Part shown: positions 27,094 to 37,267 of the stretch, piece by piece
How positions within the stretch are numbered: position 1 is the first letter of the stretch
Layout: every line of letters begins with the position of its first letter
DNA from: a virus
Taxonomy: Duplodnaviria; Caudoviricetes
Direction: 5' to 3' (one strand)
Virus record (IMG/VR): IMGVR_UViG_3300029305_001183
Span: 1,273-65,272 of that record
Length of the DNA: 64,000 nucleotides
Program-made: the position numbers and the translations under genes
Notes under the pieces: generated by a model
The model's input: the letters and a program-made list of their open reading frames with translations, nothing else
Databases searched by the model: none
Told to the model about the DNA's origin: nothing

Positions 27094-27173
27094 TCATTTT
27101 GTCGTGTAAAGTATAGCACCAAAGTTCTAATTTGTCAAGATACTTCGGTGCTAATTTACAATTTATTTACAAT
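27092..27173 (-). promoter_or_regulatory. sigma-A promoter with both boxes (dnaE operon)
   Basis: TTGACA 27133-38, TATACT 27110-15; boxes 27154-73 and 27092-27101. Confidence 0.8.
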
Positions 27174-27775
27174 TAAATTTCGTCCTCTTCTTCGTCAGAG
27201 CCATTTACATTCAAAAACTCGGTGAACTTATCATAAGCTCGTTGCTTAAGTTTGCCATCTTTACCGTTAATAGAATAGGTCAGATTTTTCTCGAAAAGTT
27301 TTGCCACGTCGCGTCGAGCATTATCATAACCTCTAGAAAGACCTTCGCGGTAACCCTTAGTAGACTTTCCATCACCAAGAGCAGCCTTGCCAGACCCTTG
27401 AGATCCAGTTGTAGCATTGCGAAGCTGATATCCTTTGTCTGCAAACTCTTTAATCCAATATCGCTCTCGCTCATCCATATATTCCTCATCACATTCTTCA
27501 ATGACATTAACATGATATCCATATGGATTGCTTTCCTCATCATAGAACTTATACTTCTTAATCGAACAATCTATGTGTTGATATCCACTCAAATGCTCTG
27601 CGAGTCTCTTAAGCAAGTTCTTTGCTTGCCCGACATAAGCGTACTTGAACTCGTTGGCGTCCACTCTCCAAAACACATATATACCAGAGTTTTCAGTTGC
27701 TTCTGGACATAACTTCCGTATCTTATCTTCATTGGCTTTTCTAATAGCCATTATCTGTCTGTAATTCGTAGCCAT
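27173..27775 (-). CDS. GIY-YIG nuclease
   Basis: SGIYVF..YAYVGQAKNLLKRLAEH, ERERYWI, LRN. Confidence 0.85.
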   Translation of the reverse strand: MATNYRQIMAIRKANEDKIRKLCPEATENSGIYVFWRVDANEFKYAYVGQAKNLLKRLAEHLSGYQHIDCSIKKYKFYDEESNPYGYHVNVIEECDEEYMDERERYWIKEFADKGYQLRNATTGSQGSGKAALGDGKSTKGYREGLSRGYDNARRDVAKLFEKNLTYSINGKDGKLKQRAYDKFTEFLNVNGSDEEEDEI

Positions 27776-27786
27776 AACTAGTCTCC

Positions 27787-29385
27787 TTAATCATTTTGTT
27801 GTGTATATTCATCAATAGCAAGTTGCAGATACTTGACTCTACCGTAGCAAGGGGCACTCAATGTACCTACTGCAACTAACTGTTTGTCGTTTGTCATCGT
27901 CTTGTAGTCGAGACAGTTCCATTTAACAATCAGAAGTCCACTCTCATCTATAACCTTAAGGTGTTTCTTGGTTGAGAATGTCGTAACTTCGTAATCATCA
28001 GTTCTGACTAATACCTTTACGGGAGGAAAGCCTGTTCCAGAAATTCTATTAATTGCGGTTAGCTGCTTTACTAAATTGTCTGTAATCTGATGTGGTGCAA
28101 GTTCAATATCTGCTTCAACCTTGATACTAAACTCGACATCCTTTAGTCTCTCTTCAATAACTTCCTTGAACTGTTCAAACTCATCTTCTTTAATGAATGC
28201 TCCGCTCGCCAGTGGGTGGCCTTGACAGACACAAAGACCGGTAGAATTGGACATTTCTAACATATTATCCACGCCAACTGCACGCATGCTGCCTGCGTAT
28301 TGTCCATCTTTAAGTCTCAAGACAAATAAGGGGCGCTGGAACTCTGATAACAGGCGGTTCGCAACGAGCCCTGTGATTTCGGCTTCAAGCTCGTTCTCCA
28401 AAATAAAGAACATACACTTTCTGTCTAACTGTGATTCGCCTTGCTCCATCAAGCCATCAATTAACTCTGCTACAACTTCATTTTGCTTTTCCTTGCAAGA
28501 TTTCAGATCTTTGACTAATTCATCAATCTCATCTAAATCATCCGTCAAGAAAACATTCATTGCCTTTTCGTTCTCGCGAAGTCTCATAGCACTATTCACC
28601 AATGGACCGATACTGAAGCTCACGGCAGTCGAGTCGAAAATGTAATTACCAACCATCTTTTGAACAACTGGATTTCTGAACTGTGCGAGCCCCCTATGGG
28701 CAATATAACGATTTTCCGGCACCGACATATCCGACATGTCTGCAATTAGCCCAATCGCGCTATAAACCCAAAGGTCATCACTATAGTCTGTTAAATTCAT
28801 CTCGTCTGCATATAGCACATACTTCATTACAACGCCAGCACCAGAAAGGTGCTCGTTTGGATATTCATTCGCAGAACTTACAAGTACAAAATCTAAATTA
28901 GAATCCAATAGTCTTTGCTCAGGAAGGTGATGGTCAAAAACACACAATCTAACTCCTGTCGAAAGCAATCTCTCATAGACCGCAGGATTGTTGTTTAATG
29001 AATCGACGATTATCATAACGCTAATTCCATCTAGCAGCGATAAGTCAAAATCTTCTGCTCCATGCTTCTTGCCATCATTAATGACACACTTCACATCTGC
29101 ACCACATTTACGAAGATACCTTGCCATGACAGCGCAACTTGTTACGCCATCTCCATCCACATCCGCCAAAATTAAGAATTTCTCATTCATTGTAATGGCG
29201 TCATCTATCATTTGATAGGCTTCGTATAATCCCTTCATTTCCTCAAACGGTACTAAATCCTCAGACGTCGGCTTAAGGAACGCTCCAACATCCTCAATCC
29301 CTCTCGCCTCAAGTATCGCATCTATAATTTCAAAATCATCTTCCATCTGTCTACCATCAATTTTTGCTGTCAGTATTTTCTCCAA
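27787..29385 (-). CDS. recJ: RecJ-like ssDNA exonuclease (DHH/DHHA1)
   Basis: DVDGDG, FDHH, LSGAGV, GLIAD, GSMR, GHPLASG. Confidence 0.92.
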   Translation of the reverse strand: MEKILTAKIDGRQMEDDFEIIDAILEARGIEDVGAFLKPTSEDLVPFEEMKGLYEAYQMIDDAITMNEKFLILADVDGDGVTSCAVMARYLRKCGADVKCVINDGKKHGAEDFDLSLLDGISVMIIVDSLNNNPAVYERLLSTGVRLCVFDHHLPEQRLLDSNLDFVLVSSANEYPNEHLSGAGVVMKYVLYADEMNLTDYSDDLWVYSAIGLIADMSDMSVPENRYIAHRGLAQFRNPVVQKMVGNYIFDSTAVSFSIGPLVNSAMRLRENEKAMNVFLTDDLDEIDELVKDLKSCKEKQNEVVAELIDGLMEQGESQLDRKCMFFILENELEAEITGLVANRLLSEFQRPLFVLRLKDGQYAGSMRAVGVDNMLEMSNSTGLCVCQGHPLASGAFIKEDEFEQFKEVIEERLKDVEFSIKVEADIELAPHQITDNLVKQLTAINRISGTGFPPVKVLVRTDDYEVTTFSTKKHLKVIDESGLLIVKWNCLDYKTMTNDKQLVAVGTLSAPCYGRVKYLQLAIDEYTQQND

Positions 29386-29668
29386 TGTGCTTCACCTCTT
29401 CCCAATTATCCGTACTTCTCCACATTGTACAAATTACATCCTCTGGATATACTTCGACCTCTCCATAGAGATGAATCTCGTCTGGATATACCCATTGATC
29501 TTCCTTGGATAACTGCATAATTTTTACTTTTGATTTTGTAAAACCAGTGACTAGCCCAACAAACTTACATTTTCTTACCGTGCTGCTACCGGTTCTAGTA
29601 TTTTTTAAATACACAACAATGTCTCTTGTGTGTATATTATCCTTAATAAAACTTTCGAACATACTCAC
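29357..29668 (-). CDS. hypothetical protein
   Basis: ORF track, tiling. Confidence 0.6.
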   Translation of the reverse strand: MSMFESFIKDNIHTRDIVVYLKNTRTGSSTVRKCKFVGLVTGFTKSKVKIMQLSKEDQWVYPDEIHLYGEVEVYPEDVICTMWRSTDNWEEVKHIGENTDSKN

Positions 29669-29865
29669 TTCTCCTTATTCAAAACATCTGCCACATCAAA
29701 ACACAACATATGCAAATCCTTAACCGACATATCTTCATTGAGCACGCTAATCCCATAGTGGTCTAAAATTTCTGTCACTTTTAAAAACAACTCGTCGCCA
29801 TTTTTGCACGACATCAAACTCATAAGTTCTCCAAGCTTCATGCTCATCACTTCAATTCCTCGCAA
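29665..29865 (-). CDS. hypothetical protein
   Basis: ORF track, tiling. Confidence 0.55.
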   Translation of the reverse strand: MRGIEVMSMKLGELMSLMSCKNGDELFLKVTEILDHYGISVLNEDMSVKDLHMLCFDVADVLNKEK

Positions 29866-30185
29866 ATCTTTTCATAGTGTTCTTTTGCATACTGAATACA
29901 CTCATCCACGCTTGCAAAGCCATTAATGTTTGTACCCGTCCTATAAGTAATCTTAAAATCACTTTGGCACGGACAAAAACTAGTCCACGGAGACAATCCT
30001 CGTCCACACACAGGACAAATCCAACCTTCTTGCTTGCCGAAGCCCTGAGGTAGAGGCATATCACAGTTTGAGGGTCTATACAGTAAATCATTAACTACAA
30101 AATTACAATTTGTACAAGTATAATTACCTCCACTTGTATTCACCATTTCTTTTCCACATCTAATACACTGCATATTCACCACCAC
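29847..30185 (-). CDS. Zn-ribbon hypothetical protein
   Basis: CIRCG, CTNC, GWICPVCG..SP. Confidence 0.65.
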   Translation of the reverse strand: MVVNMQCIRCGKEMVNTSGGNYTCTNCNFVVNDLLYRPSNCDMPLPQGFGKQEGWICPVCGRGLSPWTSFCPCQSDFKITYRTGTNINGFASVDECIQYAKEHYEKICEELK

Positions 30186-30733
30186 AAATGTCCAAAATAC
30201 TCCGCCAACAACTCAAACGCTTCCTTGCGCTTTTGCTTACGTATCTCGTACAGTTCTTCCTCTCTCTTATAATATTGCATAACCTTCGCTTTGGTTTCTT
30301 CGTCATCATTATCGACATATTTGCGAACACCCTTTTTGACTTCAACAAGGCTGAAAGTCCTTGTCTCCAAATGTTCCTCATACCACTCTGCAAGTTCATT
30401 CTTCTCTTCCAGTGGCTCATCTTCATTTGCCTGCTTCAATAGAAAAATAATCTTATCAAGTATTGCGTACCACTCCTCGATATCCTCCATATAACCTGGA
30501 TATCCTTTTGCCTCTGCTCTAAACTGACTAAGTGACGCAATCATCATACGAGAGTAATACACATCCAAGTCCCAAGTATCATAATCGCTATATCCTCTGG
30601 TCGCTCTCTGCCAACCCCATTTGATTGTGCGAAAGAAATATTTAATATTATCCCACCAGTTGCGTGGATACCAAGGCATATAGCCGCCTGTAAAAATGTT
30701 AAGTTCGTTCTTCATATTTTGCCTCCGTATCAT
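30176..30733 (-). CDS. hypothetical protein
   Basis: WQRATRGYSDYDTWDLD phage-type motif. Confidence 0.65.
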   Translation of the reverse strand: MIRRQNMKNELNIFTGGYMPWYPRNWWDNIKYFFRTIKWGWQRATRGYSDYDTWDLDVYYSRMMIASLSQFRAEAKGYPGYMEDIEEWYAILDKIIFLLKQANEDEPLEEKNELAEWYEEHLETRTFSLVEVKKGVRKYVDNDDEETKAKVMQYYKREEELYEIRKQKRKEAFELLAEYFGHLWW

Positions 30734-30855
30734 ATTCGATTACTACTTGTTTAAATGCTCCGCAGCCCTCGCAAAGATCCTCATCGTCACTAACGACAAT
30801 GTATTTATCTAACGCTCTTGGCTCAATGCATCTTTTAAAACACTCTCTGCAAAAT

Positions 30856-31146
30856 TCAGCCATTGTTAACCTCACTTTCAAGCCACATCTTAATAATATC
30901 TTTGCAATCCGGCACATCGTCGTAATCTGCAAAGTACCTACACTTATTTTCCAATTCGCAATATGCAAACTCGCATTCTCTCTTGCCAAAATAATCTTCC
31001 ACGGTTGCTTTAATTGACTCACAGTTCTGGCAGTATTGCTCGTCAAACCATTTGCTCCAAGGCGAATTGTCCCACATTCCGTTTGCATCCAACCACGTCG
31101 CCAACTCTTCTAAAGACATTGACTTCAATCTTTCAAAGTTATTCAT
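30856..31146 (-). CDS. hypothetical protein (MxNFERxKSMSxEELA N-terminus)
   Basis: ORF track. Confidence 0.65.
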   Translation of the reverse strand: MNNFERLKSMSLEELATWLDANGMWDNSPWSKWFDEQYCQNCESIKATVEDYFGKRECEFAYCELENKCRYFADYDDVPDCKDIIKMWLESEVNNG

Positions 31147-31150
31147 GCAC

Positions 31151-31402
31151 TTACTCCTTTATCTCTCCAATGGATCTTAGATACTCTGTCGCATTTATCA
31201 TCGAACCATTCTTCATAGCCTCAAGCTCCAAAAGTCTTTTGACTCCATAGTCAGTCCAATGTTTCTTTTCAAACTCTCCGTGCCATTCTCCATTGTTGCA
31301 CTCCGAACACATCTTTGGCTCATTATTGCATACATTTCGCCAATATCCACCTAAGGCAGTATTTTCAATACATCCACACTTCTCACAAATATAAACGCTC
31401 AT
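31151..31402 (-). CDS. Zn-binding hypothetical protein
   Basis: CEKCGCIENT...CSEC. Confidence 0.65.
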   Translation of the reverse strand: MSVYICEKCGCIENTALGGYWRNVCNNEPKMCSECNNGEWHGEFEKKHWTDYGVKRLLELEAMKNGSMINATEYLRSIGEIKE

Positions 31403-31411
31403 ACTCTCACC

Positions 31412-31714
31412 TCATCCAAAAGCATAATTGCCAAAGCAATCCTGCATATCCGTACCATCGACCTCATAAAATCCCTGCTTCTCTTCATCCCACTTGAAGT
31501 AAATGGTTTCCTCTGAGAGTTGATATAGCCCCATTGGAATCTTTTCTACAACGGCATAGTCGTACATATCCTCGTGAATATCTACGTTGTTATTGTGTAA
31601 ATCCTCTATTGCCCATTCCTTATGTGGATAATAACCAAAAGTTCTACAATCGCCTATGTCCGGCACTCCGTATTTGGTTTGCTCATATCTCTGAAAACAA
31701 GTTATAAAGTACAT
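31412..31714 (-). CDS. hypothetical protein
   Basis: ORF track. Confidence 0.65.
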   Translation of the reverse strand: MYFITCFQRYEQTKYGVPDIGDCRTFGYYPHKEWAIEDLHNNNVDIHEDMYDYAVVEKIPMGLYQLSEETIYFKWDEEKQGFYEVDGTDMQDCFGNYAFG

Positions 31715-31906
31715 TTAATCATCCTCCACATAATCATCAATAAATACACAACCATCTGCCTCGTTGACACCTCTTGCAACGCTTGTAGCCGTGATATATG
31801 GCAACCAGTTCTTGTCTGGCGTCCAATTGGCATCGGGTATCATCACAATGAGTCTATCATCAAACAGCTCCAATTTCTCTTTAAGTTCTTTAACTGTCAT
31901 AATCAT
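31715..31906 (-). CDS. hypothetical protein (MTVKEL N-terminus)
   Basis: ORF track. Confidence 0.6.
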   Translation of the reverse strand: MIMTVKELKEKLELFDDRLIVMIPDANWTPDKNWLPYITATSVARGVNEADGCVFIDDYVEDD

Positions 31907-31912
31907 TACCTC

Positions 31913-32143
31913 TTATTTGTCAATATCTTGTCTTGTTATATTTTCAAATATATAGTCCAATTCGTAGTCTTCATCATAACCTTGTTCGACAAAATCTTCC
32001 TTCGTATATACATCAATGTAGTAATACTTATGATTACTTGAATATGCAATACATAGATACGACTCATCTACTAGTTGATAAATGGGATACTCGATATTAT
32101 CCCAACCGCTAGAATATGCCCTATTAAGTTTAATTTCCATCAC
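31913..32143 (-). CDS. hypothetical protein
   Basis: ORF track. Confidence 0.55.
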   Translation of the reverse strand: MMEIKLNRAYSSGWDNIEYPIYQLVDESYLCIAYSSNHKYYYIDVYTKEDFVEQGYDEDYELDYIFENITRQDIDK

Positions 32144-32475
32144 TTCTCCTCCAACTTCTTACCACACCAAGGACAGTGCGGCAAATATCTAACCTCAGTA
32201 CCATCCGGGTAGCACAGTTCCAATCTGTGCCCACAGTTCGGACAAGTGATTACACAACCATTCTCGGTGATAATCCAAGTTTCCTTCTTCTGTGCCTTGC
32301 ATAATTCGATATCTCTTGCATACTTAATGATGCAACCCTCACAGTCCGTTTCGCCACAAACAGTTCTTGGCTCATAATCATAGTCGTCAATTACGGTCCA
32401 ACCATCGGAATGCGTTCCCTCAATAGGATTTACCATATAACAATCCTTAGGATCTATCTTGCTAAAATCAATCAT
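32140..32475 (-). CDS. Zn-ribbon hypothetical protein
   Basis: CPNCG...CPWCG. Confidence 0.65.
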   Translation of the reverse strand: MIDFSKIDPKDCYMVNPIEGTHSDGWTVIDDYDYEPRTVCGETDCEGCIIKYARDIELCKAQKKETWIITENGCVITCPNCGHRLELCYPDGTEVRYLPHCPWCGKKLEEK

Positions 32476-32830
32476 CGTTCAATCTACCTTCTCCCCAACT
32501 GCAAAAATCATTTGCTCTAACTTCAACAACTTGACCGTCACAAAGTTCTGCCAAATGACTGCAGCCTAAATAGTTCGCTCCGTTCCATTTCGTGTATTCG
32601 TTGCAATAATTGCAATCCTTACATCTGACAACTTCAACCACATCTTCTTTGGCGAGTTTCTTAATAATAGAATCGTTTTTAACTTCCTCATTACTCCAAC
32701 CACATTTACATTTTGACACATCTGTGACCCAAGACCACACTATCTCTCCGCTCGTTCCACATTGAGGGCAAATGCCTATTGTTCCTCGTTTTCCTTTTTC
32801 TCCGTTCAGTTTCATTATTCTTCCTCCCAT
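32468..32830 (-). CDS. Cys-rich hypothetical protein
   Basis: VVRCKDC..C...DFCSWGE. Confidence 0.65.
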   Translation of the reverse strand: MGGRIMKLNGEKGKRGTIGICPQCGTSGEIVWSWVTDVSKCKCGWSNEEVKNDSIIKKLAKEDVVEVVRCKDCNYCNEYTKWNGANYLGCSHLAELCDGQVVEVRANDFCSWGEGRLNDD

Positions 32831-32836
32831 TAAAAT

Positions 32837-33022
32837 TCAATACATATCATAGTATCCATACGAAAAAGAATAAAGCCAACATCCACACTCCTTGCAATAG
32901 GCATCGTATTCAACAATTCCAATACTGTCCTCACGGATAATATTTCGCTTTTCGATGTTTTTGCTATCTTTACTGCAACAGTCTTTTGCGTGCTTAAATT
33001 GCATATCTTCGTAGTTTAACAT
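32837..33022 (-). CDS. small Cys-rich protein
   Basis: ORF track. Confidence 0.55.
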   Translation of the reverse strand: MLNYEDMQFKHAKDCCSKDSKNIEKRNIIREDSIGIVEYDAYCKECGCWLYSFSYGYYDMY

Positions 33023-33252
33023 CGTTTTCCCTCCGCAAGTTTTCTACCACAATAAGGACAAAATTGAATACCAATGTCAAACCCAGACGGCACTTGAATG
33101 TGCCATCCATTTCTATCCTCGTATATACAAGTGTCAAATACCTTTCCTATTAGTTTGCCGTTGATGATGTGTTCGGGCAAATCTTCCCATTCAGTACAAT
33201 ACTTACAACTCATTGGTTTTCCTCCGTAAGCCTTCTTCCACACTTTGGACAA
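33016..33252 (-). CDS. Zn-ribbon protein (CKYC...FCPYCGRKL)
   Basis: ORF track. Confidence 0.6.
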   Translation of the reverse strand: MSKVWKKAYGGKPMSCKYCTEWEDLPEHIINGKLIGKVFDTCIYEDRNGWHIQVPSGFDIGIQFCPYCGRKLAEGKRC

Positions 33253-33443
33253 TATTCAATAACAACACCGTACTCTTTGCCGTTTATATACATCACGAGA
33301 GCATAAGTGTCTCCACACTTTTGAATCTGTGCAGTCATATCGGTTGGAGTGTCCATATAATTGGGATCGCAGTAATCACAGTATTTCATACAATTCCCTC
33401 CAAACTCCAAAATGCTCTTTCTGCTTCGTCCTCCGCTTCCCAC
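33210..33443 (-). CDS. Zn-ribbon protein (CDYC...YCPKCGRRL)
   Basis: ORF track; start likely internal MKYC. Confidence 0.55.
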   Translation of the reverse strand: MGSGGRSRKSILEFGGNCMKYCDYCDPNYMDTPTDMTAQIQKCGDTYALVMYINGKEYGVVIEYCPKCGRRLTEENQ

Positions 33444-33739
33444 TCTTTGGCTTTTTCATTATACTCTTTGTTGGTGTACATTCGTGCGTTACACTTAGGA
33501 CATCTTAGGCTACGGACGTCACCATATTCCCAACACAAGCTACAAATATAATCGCCCATTCCGGCACCCTTCCAACGGGCAGTTATCTCGGTTTCTCCGA
33601 GGTAGCATCCGTCTCTACCCTCTTTGGCATCGCAGTCTTCAAAGTGGATACATTTTGTGCATCTAACCCATTCTCCGTGTGTTGTGTTCATATTTATTTT
33701 CTCCTTAAATCCCAAAGTACCTTGCTCGGTGCCATCCAA
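33386..33739 (-). CDS. Cys-rich hypothetical protein
   Basis: ORF track; start likely MNTTH. Confidence 0.55.
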   Translation of the reverse strand: MDGTEQGTLGFKEKINMNTTHGEWVRCTKCIHFEDCDAKEGRDGCYLGETEITARWKGAGMGDYICSLCWEYGDVRSLRCPKCNARMYTNKEYNEKAKEWEAEDEAERAFWSLEGIV

Positions 33740-33927
33740 TCAATCCAACCGTGAGGAATGATAACCAACGCATCCGAGCCATTGAGTTCAAAATAAAATC
33801 TTCCATTGTTATGATTTACGAGTTTTCCGCAGAATGTTTTGTGAACAGTAGTCTTGTCAAAGAGTGGATTGAAGATGTCTTCTCTGACTTTTACGATGTA
33901 ATAAATGTCTTCTTTATATGTGTTCAT
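33694..33927 (-). CDS. hypothetical protein
   Basis: ORF track. Confidence 0.55.
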   Translation of the reverse strand: MNTYKEDIYYIVKVREDIFNPLFDKTTVHKTFCGKLVNHNNGRFYFELNGSDALVIIPHGWIDWMAPSKVLWDLRRK

Positions 33928-34259
33928 TCGATTACCTCAACTTCCTTAATTACAAAGCCATTGTCTGTCCAATGCAAGTAAAAATTTTTACAAAACAATT
34001 CACTGTCATCATCACAACGAATGTCGCTGTGGTCACAATGTTGACGCATTAAATCTGCCAATGTCTGATTATCTTCTATATCATCTGTGTAATAAGGACA
34101 ATTTGCACATTGTTTTGCTAAACGCTGCTTTTGAAATTCTTCGTCTTGCGCCTTAGCCATTTCTTCCTCTGCTCTTTCCTTGTGCAGATATGAACCGATG
34201 ATATAATTTCGGTAATCTTCCAATTCACCGCCGTATTTGTGTAGTTGATAAATCTTCAT
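33924..34259 (-). CDS. hypothetical protein
   Basis: ORF track, SD GAGGGAG. Confidence 0.6.
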   Translation of the reverse strand: MKIYQLHKYGGELEDYRNYIIGSYLHKERAEEEMAKAQDEEFQKQRLAKQCANCPYYTDDIEDNQTLADLMRQHCDHSDIRCDDDSELFCKNFYLHWTDNGFVIKEVEVIE

Positions 34260-34343
34260 TTGTTTATTTCTCCCTCGATTTTCGTGAATTTTTCGCTATA
34301 ATTGGGTGGAATTTCGTGATTTTGCGTGTTATTCGGTAATAAT

Positions 34344-34682
34344 TTAATCAATTATTTCAATCTTATAGCCCAATTCTTTTTCAACCTGCTCTTTAGTAAG
34401 CTTCTTTGGAACTTCTTTGATTTCAGCCTCTGCGTAATCATAAAATTTACCATAAAGAAAATCTAGTACATCGATATTACTATCCACCGACACTCCATTT
34501 TCAAGCATAGCAAAAGTTCTATTCATTTGAGGATTGCAATAATAATATAAAACCTTATACCATCTTTGCTGCTGACATCCTATACCACCTTCGCACAATC
34601 TGCGCATATGTCCTATTCCAACTATCTTTTTTCCGTTTTTCAATGCCTGTAATACTTCTTCACAAGTCTTATACTCTTTCAT
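34344..34682 (-). CDS. hypothetical protein
   Basis: ORF track. Confidence 0.6.
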   Translation of the reverse strand: MKEYKTCEEVLQALKNGKKIVGIGHMRRLCEGGIGCQQQRWYKVLYYYCNPQMNRTFAMLENGVSVDSNIDVLDFLYGKFYDYAEAEIKEVPKKLTKEQVEKELGYKIEIID

Positions 34683-35731
34683 ATTTCATCCTCTTCTAAA
34701 ATTTCTATTGGTTCTATTTCGTGTTGTAATATATATTCAAACTCTTCCTTGGTATCGTCACAAGGTGCAGCCTTATCCTCCAATGTAATATTATCTTCCC
34801 AATTCCAATAACGGAGCTCTAACTGTCTCATAGTACAAAATGTCTTAAGCAAATCTGCATTTCTTTTAGTGTTATCTAACGGTAGACTTTTATCAAGTAG
34901 GAAAGTCACTCGCTTTGGATTTAAGGAAATCAGCAGTTTAGCTTGGGTTGGACTCAACGAATTGCTACCAAGAGCAACCACGTTGTTATATCCCCAAGAA
35001 TCCAAGATGAGTACTGATTTCTCTGACTCCACCACAAGAATCTCGTTTTCATATAGCGAACTGTAATTTTCAGAATAGCCAAAAAGAGTTTGTGACATTG
35101 GTCCGTTCTCAATATATAAATACTTGGGCTCAAACTCTTCTGGTGTTCCGTTTAATCTGCCCTTGATAGCCATAATTTCTCCAGTAGATGTCCTTATAGG
35201 GAAAGTAATGCGTTGACTAATTACATCAAAACCTACACACCATTTTCGTTGAGTACTTAGCGAAATTCCATCCTTCAACCAAAGTAGGTTTGGTGTCTGT
35301 CCGTATTGTTTAAGTATCTCTTCTGGGTAAGTAGTTACGGATATTTCACCATTAGAACGGCTAATTTTATCGTATAGACCGCCAAATAAACCTTTTGAGC
35401 GTTTATAGTTATATATGGAATCAAGATGCAACTCCTGCTTGATAACATTCATTACATCTTTAAAGGGAATGTTTTTGCTTTTGACAAGGTAGTTAATTAA
35501 GTCAAGAGAGAGGTTTCGCTCGTAGTCTTTTACGAACAGATTCTCGTTGTCTTGTAATCTAATCACCACTGCAGTAGGGTTCATCCCTGGCTCGAAAGCA
35601 CACCTAATCTCTCGGTTTCGAATTCGTATCTTATCGAAACCGAAGGTGTCGAGGATATGCTCTATGGACTCTGGTTGCTCTAATAGTTTTTCTTTTACTT
35701 CTTCGAACACATCTCTGACACCTCCAATCAT
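34679..35731 (-). CDS. DNA primase-like (TOPRIM)
   Basis: RITFPIR, GRL, PKY, LFGY, VVESEKSV, LLD; adjacent to helicase. Confidence 0.85.
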   Translation of the reverse strand: MIGGVRDVFEEVKEKLLEQPESIEHILDTFGFDKIRIRNREIRCAFEPGMNPTAVVIRLQDNENLFVKDYERNLSLDLINYLVKSKNIPFKDVMNVIKQELHLDSIYNYKRSKGLFGGLYDKISRSNGEISVTTYPEEILKQYGQTPNLLWLKDGISLSTQRKWCVGFDVISQRITFPIRTSTGEIMAIKGRLNGTPEEFEPKYLYIENGPMSQTLFGYSENYSSLYENEILVVESEKSVLILDSWGYNNVVALGSNSLSPTQAKLLISLNPKRVTFLLDKSLPLDNTKRNADLLKTFCTMRQLELRYWNWEDNITLEDKAAPCDDTKEEFEYILQHEIEPIEILEEDEI

Positions 35732-35748
35732 TTCGTATTGTTAATTAA

Positions 35749-36207
35749 TTAGCAGAAGCTATGACGTGAAAATTCGTAGCCTTCAGAATCACTGAAATAC
35801 TCTGATGCATACTTTCCATGACCGTATTCAAAATGGCTAATCGGTCTATATTCTGGCATATCCCTATCGTAGAACTGCCAATTCGGATCTTGTTTAATCT
35901 TTTCTCGCGGGGCTACACCAAGCACACCACCATTGAACTTAAGTACTCGCTCATCAAATTCTTCCCAGTTGTAATAAGTGCCATACTCATCGTAGATGAC
36001 AAACTTTCCAGTATCGTAGAGTTTCTTAATGTCTGCGACGCTATGAATTGACCGACTTTCCTCAAACGATGGAAGCCAACCGGCACTAGTCTTTGCGATA
36101 TGCTGCTCATATAGCCAAGTAGGAGTATCGGTTAGTTCGTAATTTAAGCCGAAGTATGTGTCTCGTGCTGCTTTGTCGGCTGTGCCGATGTAAAAGTTAG
36201 TTCCCAT
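35749..36207 (-). CDS. hypothetical protein
   Basis: MGTNFY..HIAKTSAGW phage motif. Confidence 0.7.
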   Translation of the reverse strand: MGTNFYIGTADKAARDTYFGLNYELTDTPTWLYEQHIAKTSAGWLPSFEESRSIHSVADIKKLYDTGKFVIYDEYGTYYNWEEFDERVLKFNGGVLGVAPREKIKQDPNWQFYDRDMPEYRPISHFEYGHGKYASEYFSDSEGYEFSRHSFC

Positions 36208-36751
36208 TGTTATTCTCCTTCAACTCTCTTACAACCTCTAATTGCTCTTCATATTCAGTAAGTTCGTGCTCTAATTCTTCAATTCTTTGCAGAATATACT
36301 CAGACGCTTCCTTATCGACATTGCCAAAAATACGATCTCCAATTTGATAGAAGTTTATAAATCCATTTTCCTTGTCCGTATCGGTAATCCAAATTTTAAG
36401 CACACCGATATCCATTTCAACACGCGGTTCATAGAACCCACGCTTCTTACATTTATCACAAGTACAGATGTCTGTGATGTGTCCTACACGACCATCTTCT
36501 GTAATCACCTTGTCTCCGACTTTGAATGTGTAGCGAAGCAGTTCGATATCTTCATCGGACATATCGAAGATGTCTTCTTCGTGCTCAAGTTGTTCCTTGA
36601 TGGCATCGAGTTTTTCAGAACACTCTTCGCAGAGGTGCTTCGGTGTACCAATGTAATCAATCAATACTCCAAGTCCATCATACACACCGGTATACATCTG
36701 GCGCCCCTTCTCCATTTCCTTGCCACATCTGTCACAAAAGTACTTAATCAT
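36197..36751 (-). CDS. hypothetical protein
   Basis: CDRCG...LCEEC plus KVGD domain. Confidence 0.65.
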   Translation of the reverse strand: MIKYFCDRCGKEMEKGRQMYTGVYDGLGVLIDYIGTPKHLCEECSEKLDAIKEQLEHEEDIFDMSDEDIELLRYTFKVGDKVITEDGRVGHITDICTCDKCKKRGFYEPRVEMDIGVLKIWITDTDKENGFINFYQIGDRIFGNVDKEASEYILQRIEELEHELTEYEEQLEVVRELKENNNGN

Positions 36752-37055
36752 TGTTAATCACCTTGTCACTTTCCCAATTCAAACGAATCGCTCTAATTTT
36801 AGCCTGAATGTTCTGAATGATTGGCATAACCTCGTCTGGAATTTTATGGTCTTCAACATAAAAGACAATCCTATCCTCTTGGATATCGAAGACATTTTCG
36901 CCCCAATAATTGTCACTATTAGGGTCTCCGTCGCCCTTGGTCCAGATGTAAACAGAGTATGATTTGATTTTATCAATGTCGTAATATGGTTCTATTGCTT
37001 TGGCAGCCTGAACCAATTCTTCGTAGAGCAAGTCGTCCATTTCGTACTTATTCAT
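36744..37055 (-). CDS. hypothetical protein
   Basis: ORF track. Confidence 0.6.
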   Translation of the reverse strand: MNKYEMDDLLYEELVQAAKAIEPYYDIDKIKSYSVYIWTKGDGDPNSDNYWGENVFDIQEDRIVFYVEDHKIPDEVMPIIQNIQAKIRAIRLNWESDKVINND

Positions 37056-37066
37056 AATGTTTCTCC

Positions 37067-37249
37067 TTAATCACAATCTAAAATAATAACCTTGTCTGAA
37101 TATCCAATATCTGCGATACCAGATATGTCAAAGAAGTTGTACTCGGGCCACAAATGGTCTACATCACACTTTGATGTGTCGGCATAGCAACCTTTAACCT
37201 CAAAGTCTGGATTTTTTAGTAGAAGTTCTGCTAAATCTTTTGCCTTCAT
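37067..37249 (-). CDS. hypothetical protein
   Basis: ORF track, SD. Confidence 0.55.
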   Translation of the reverse strand: MKAKDLAELLLKNPDFEVKGCYADTSKCDVDHLWPEYNFFDISGIADIGYSDKVIILDCD

Positions 37250-37267
37250 CTTTTGCTTCTCCTTCTC

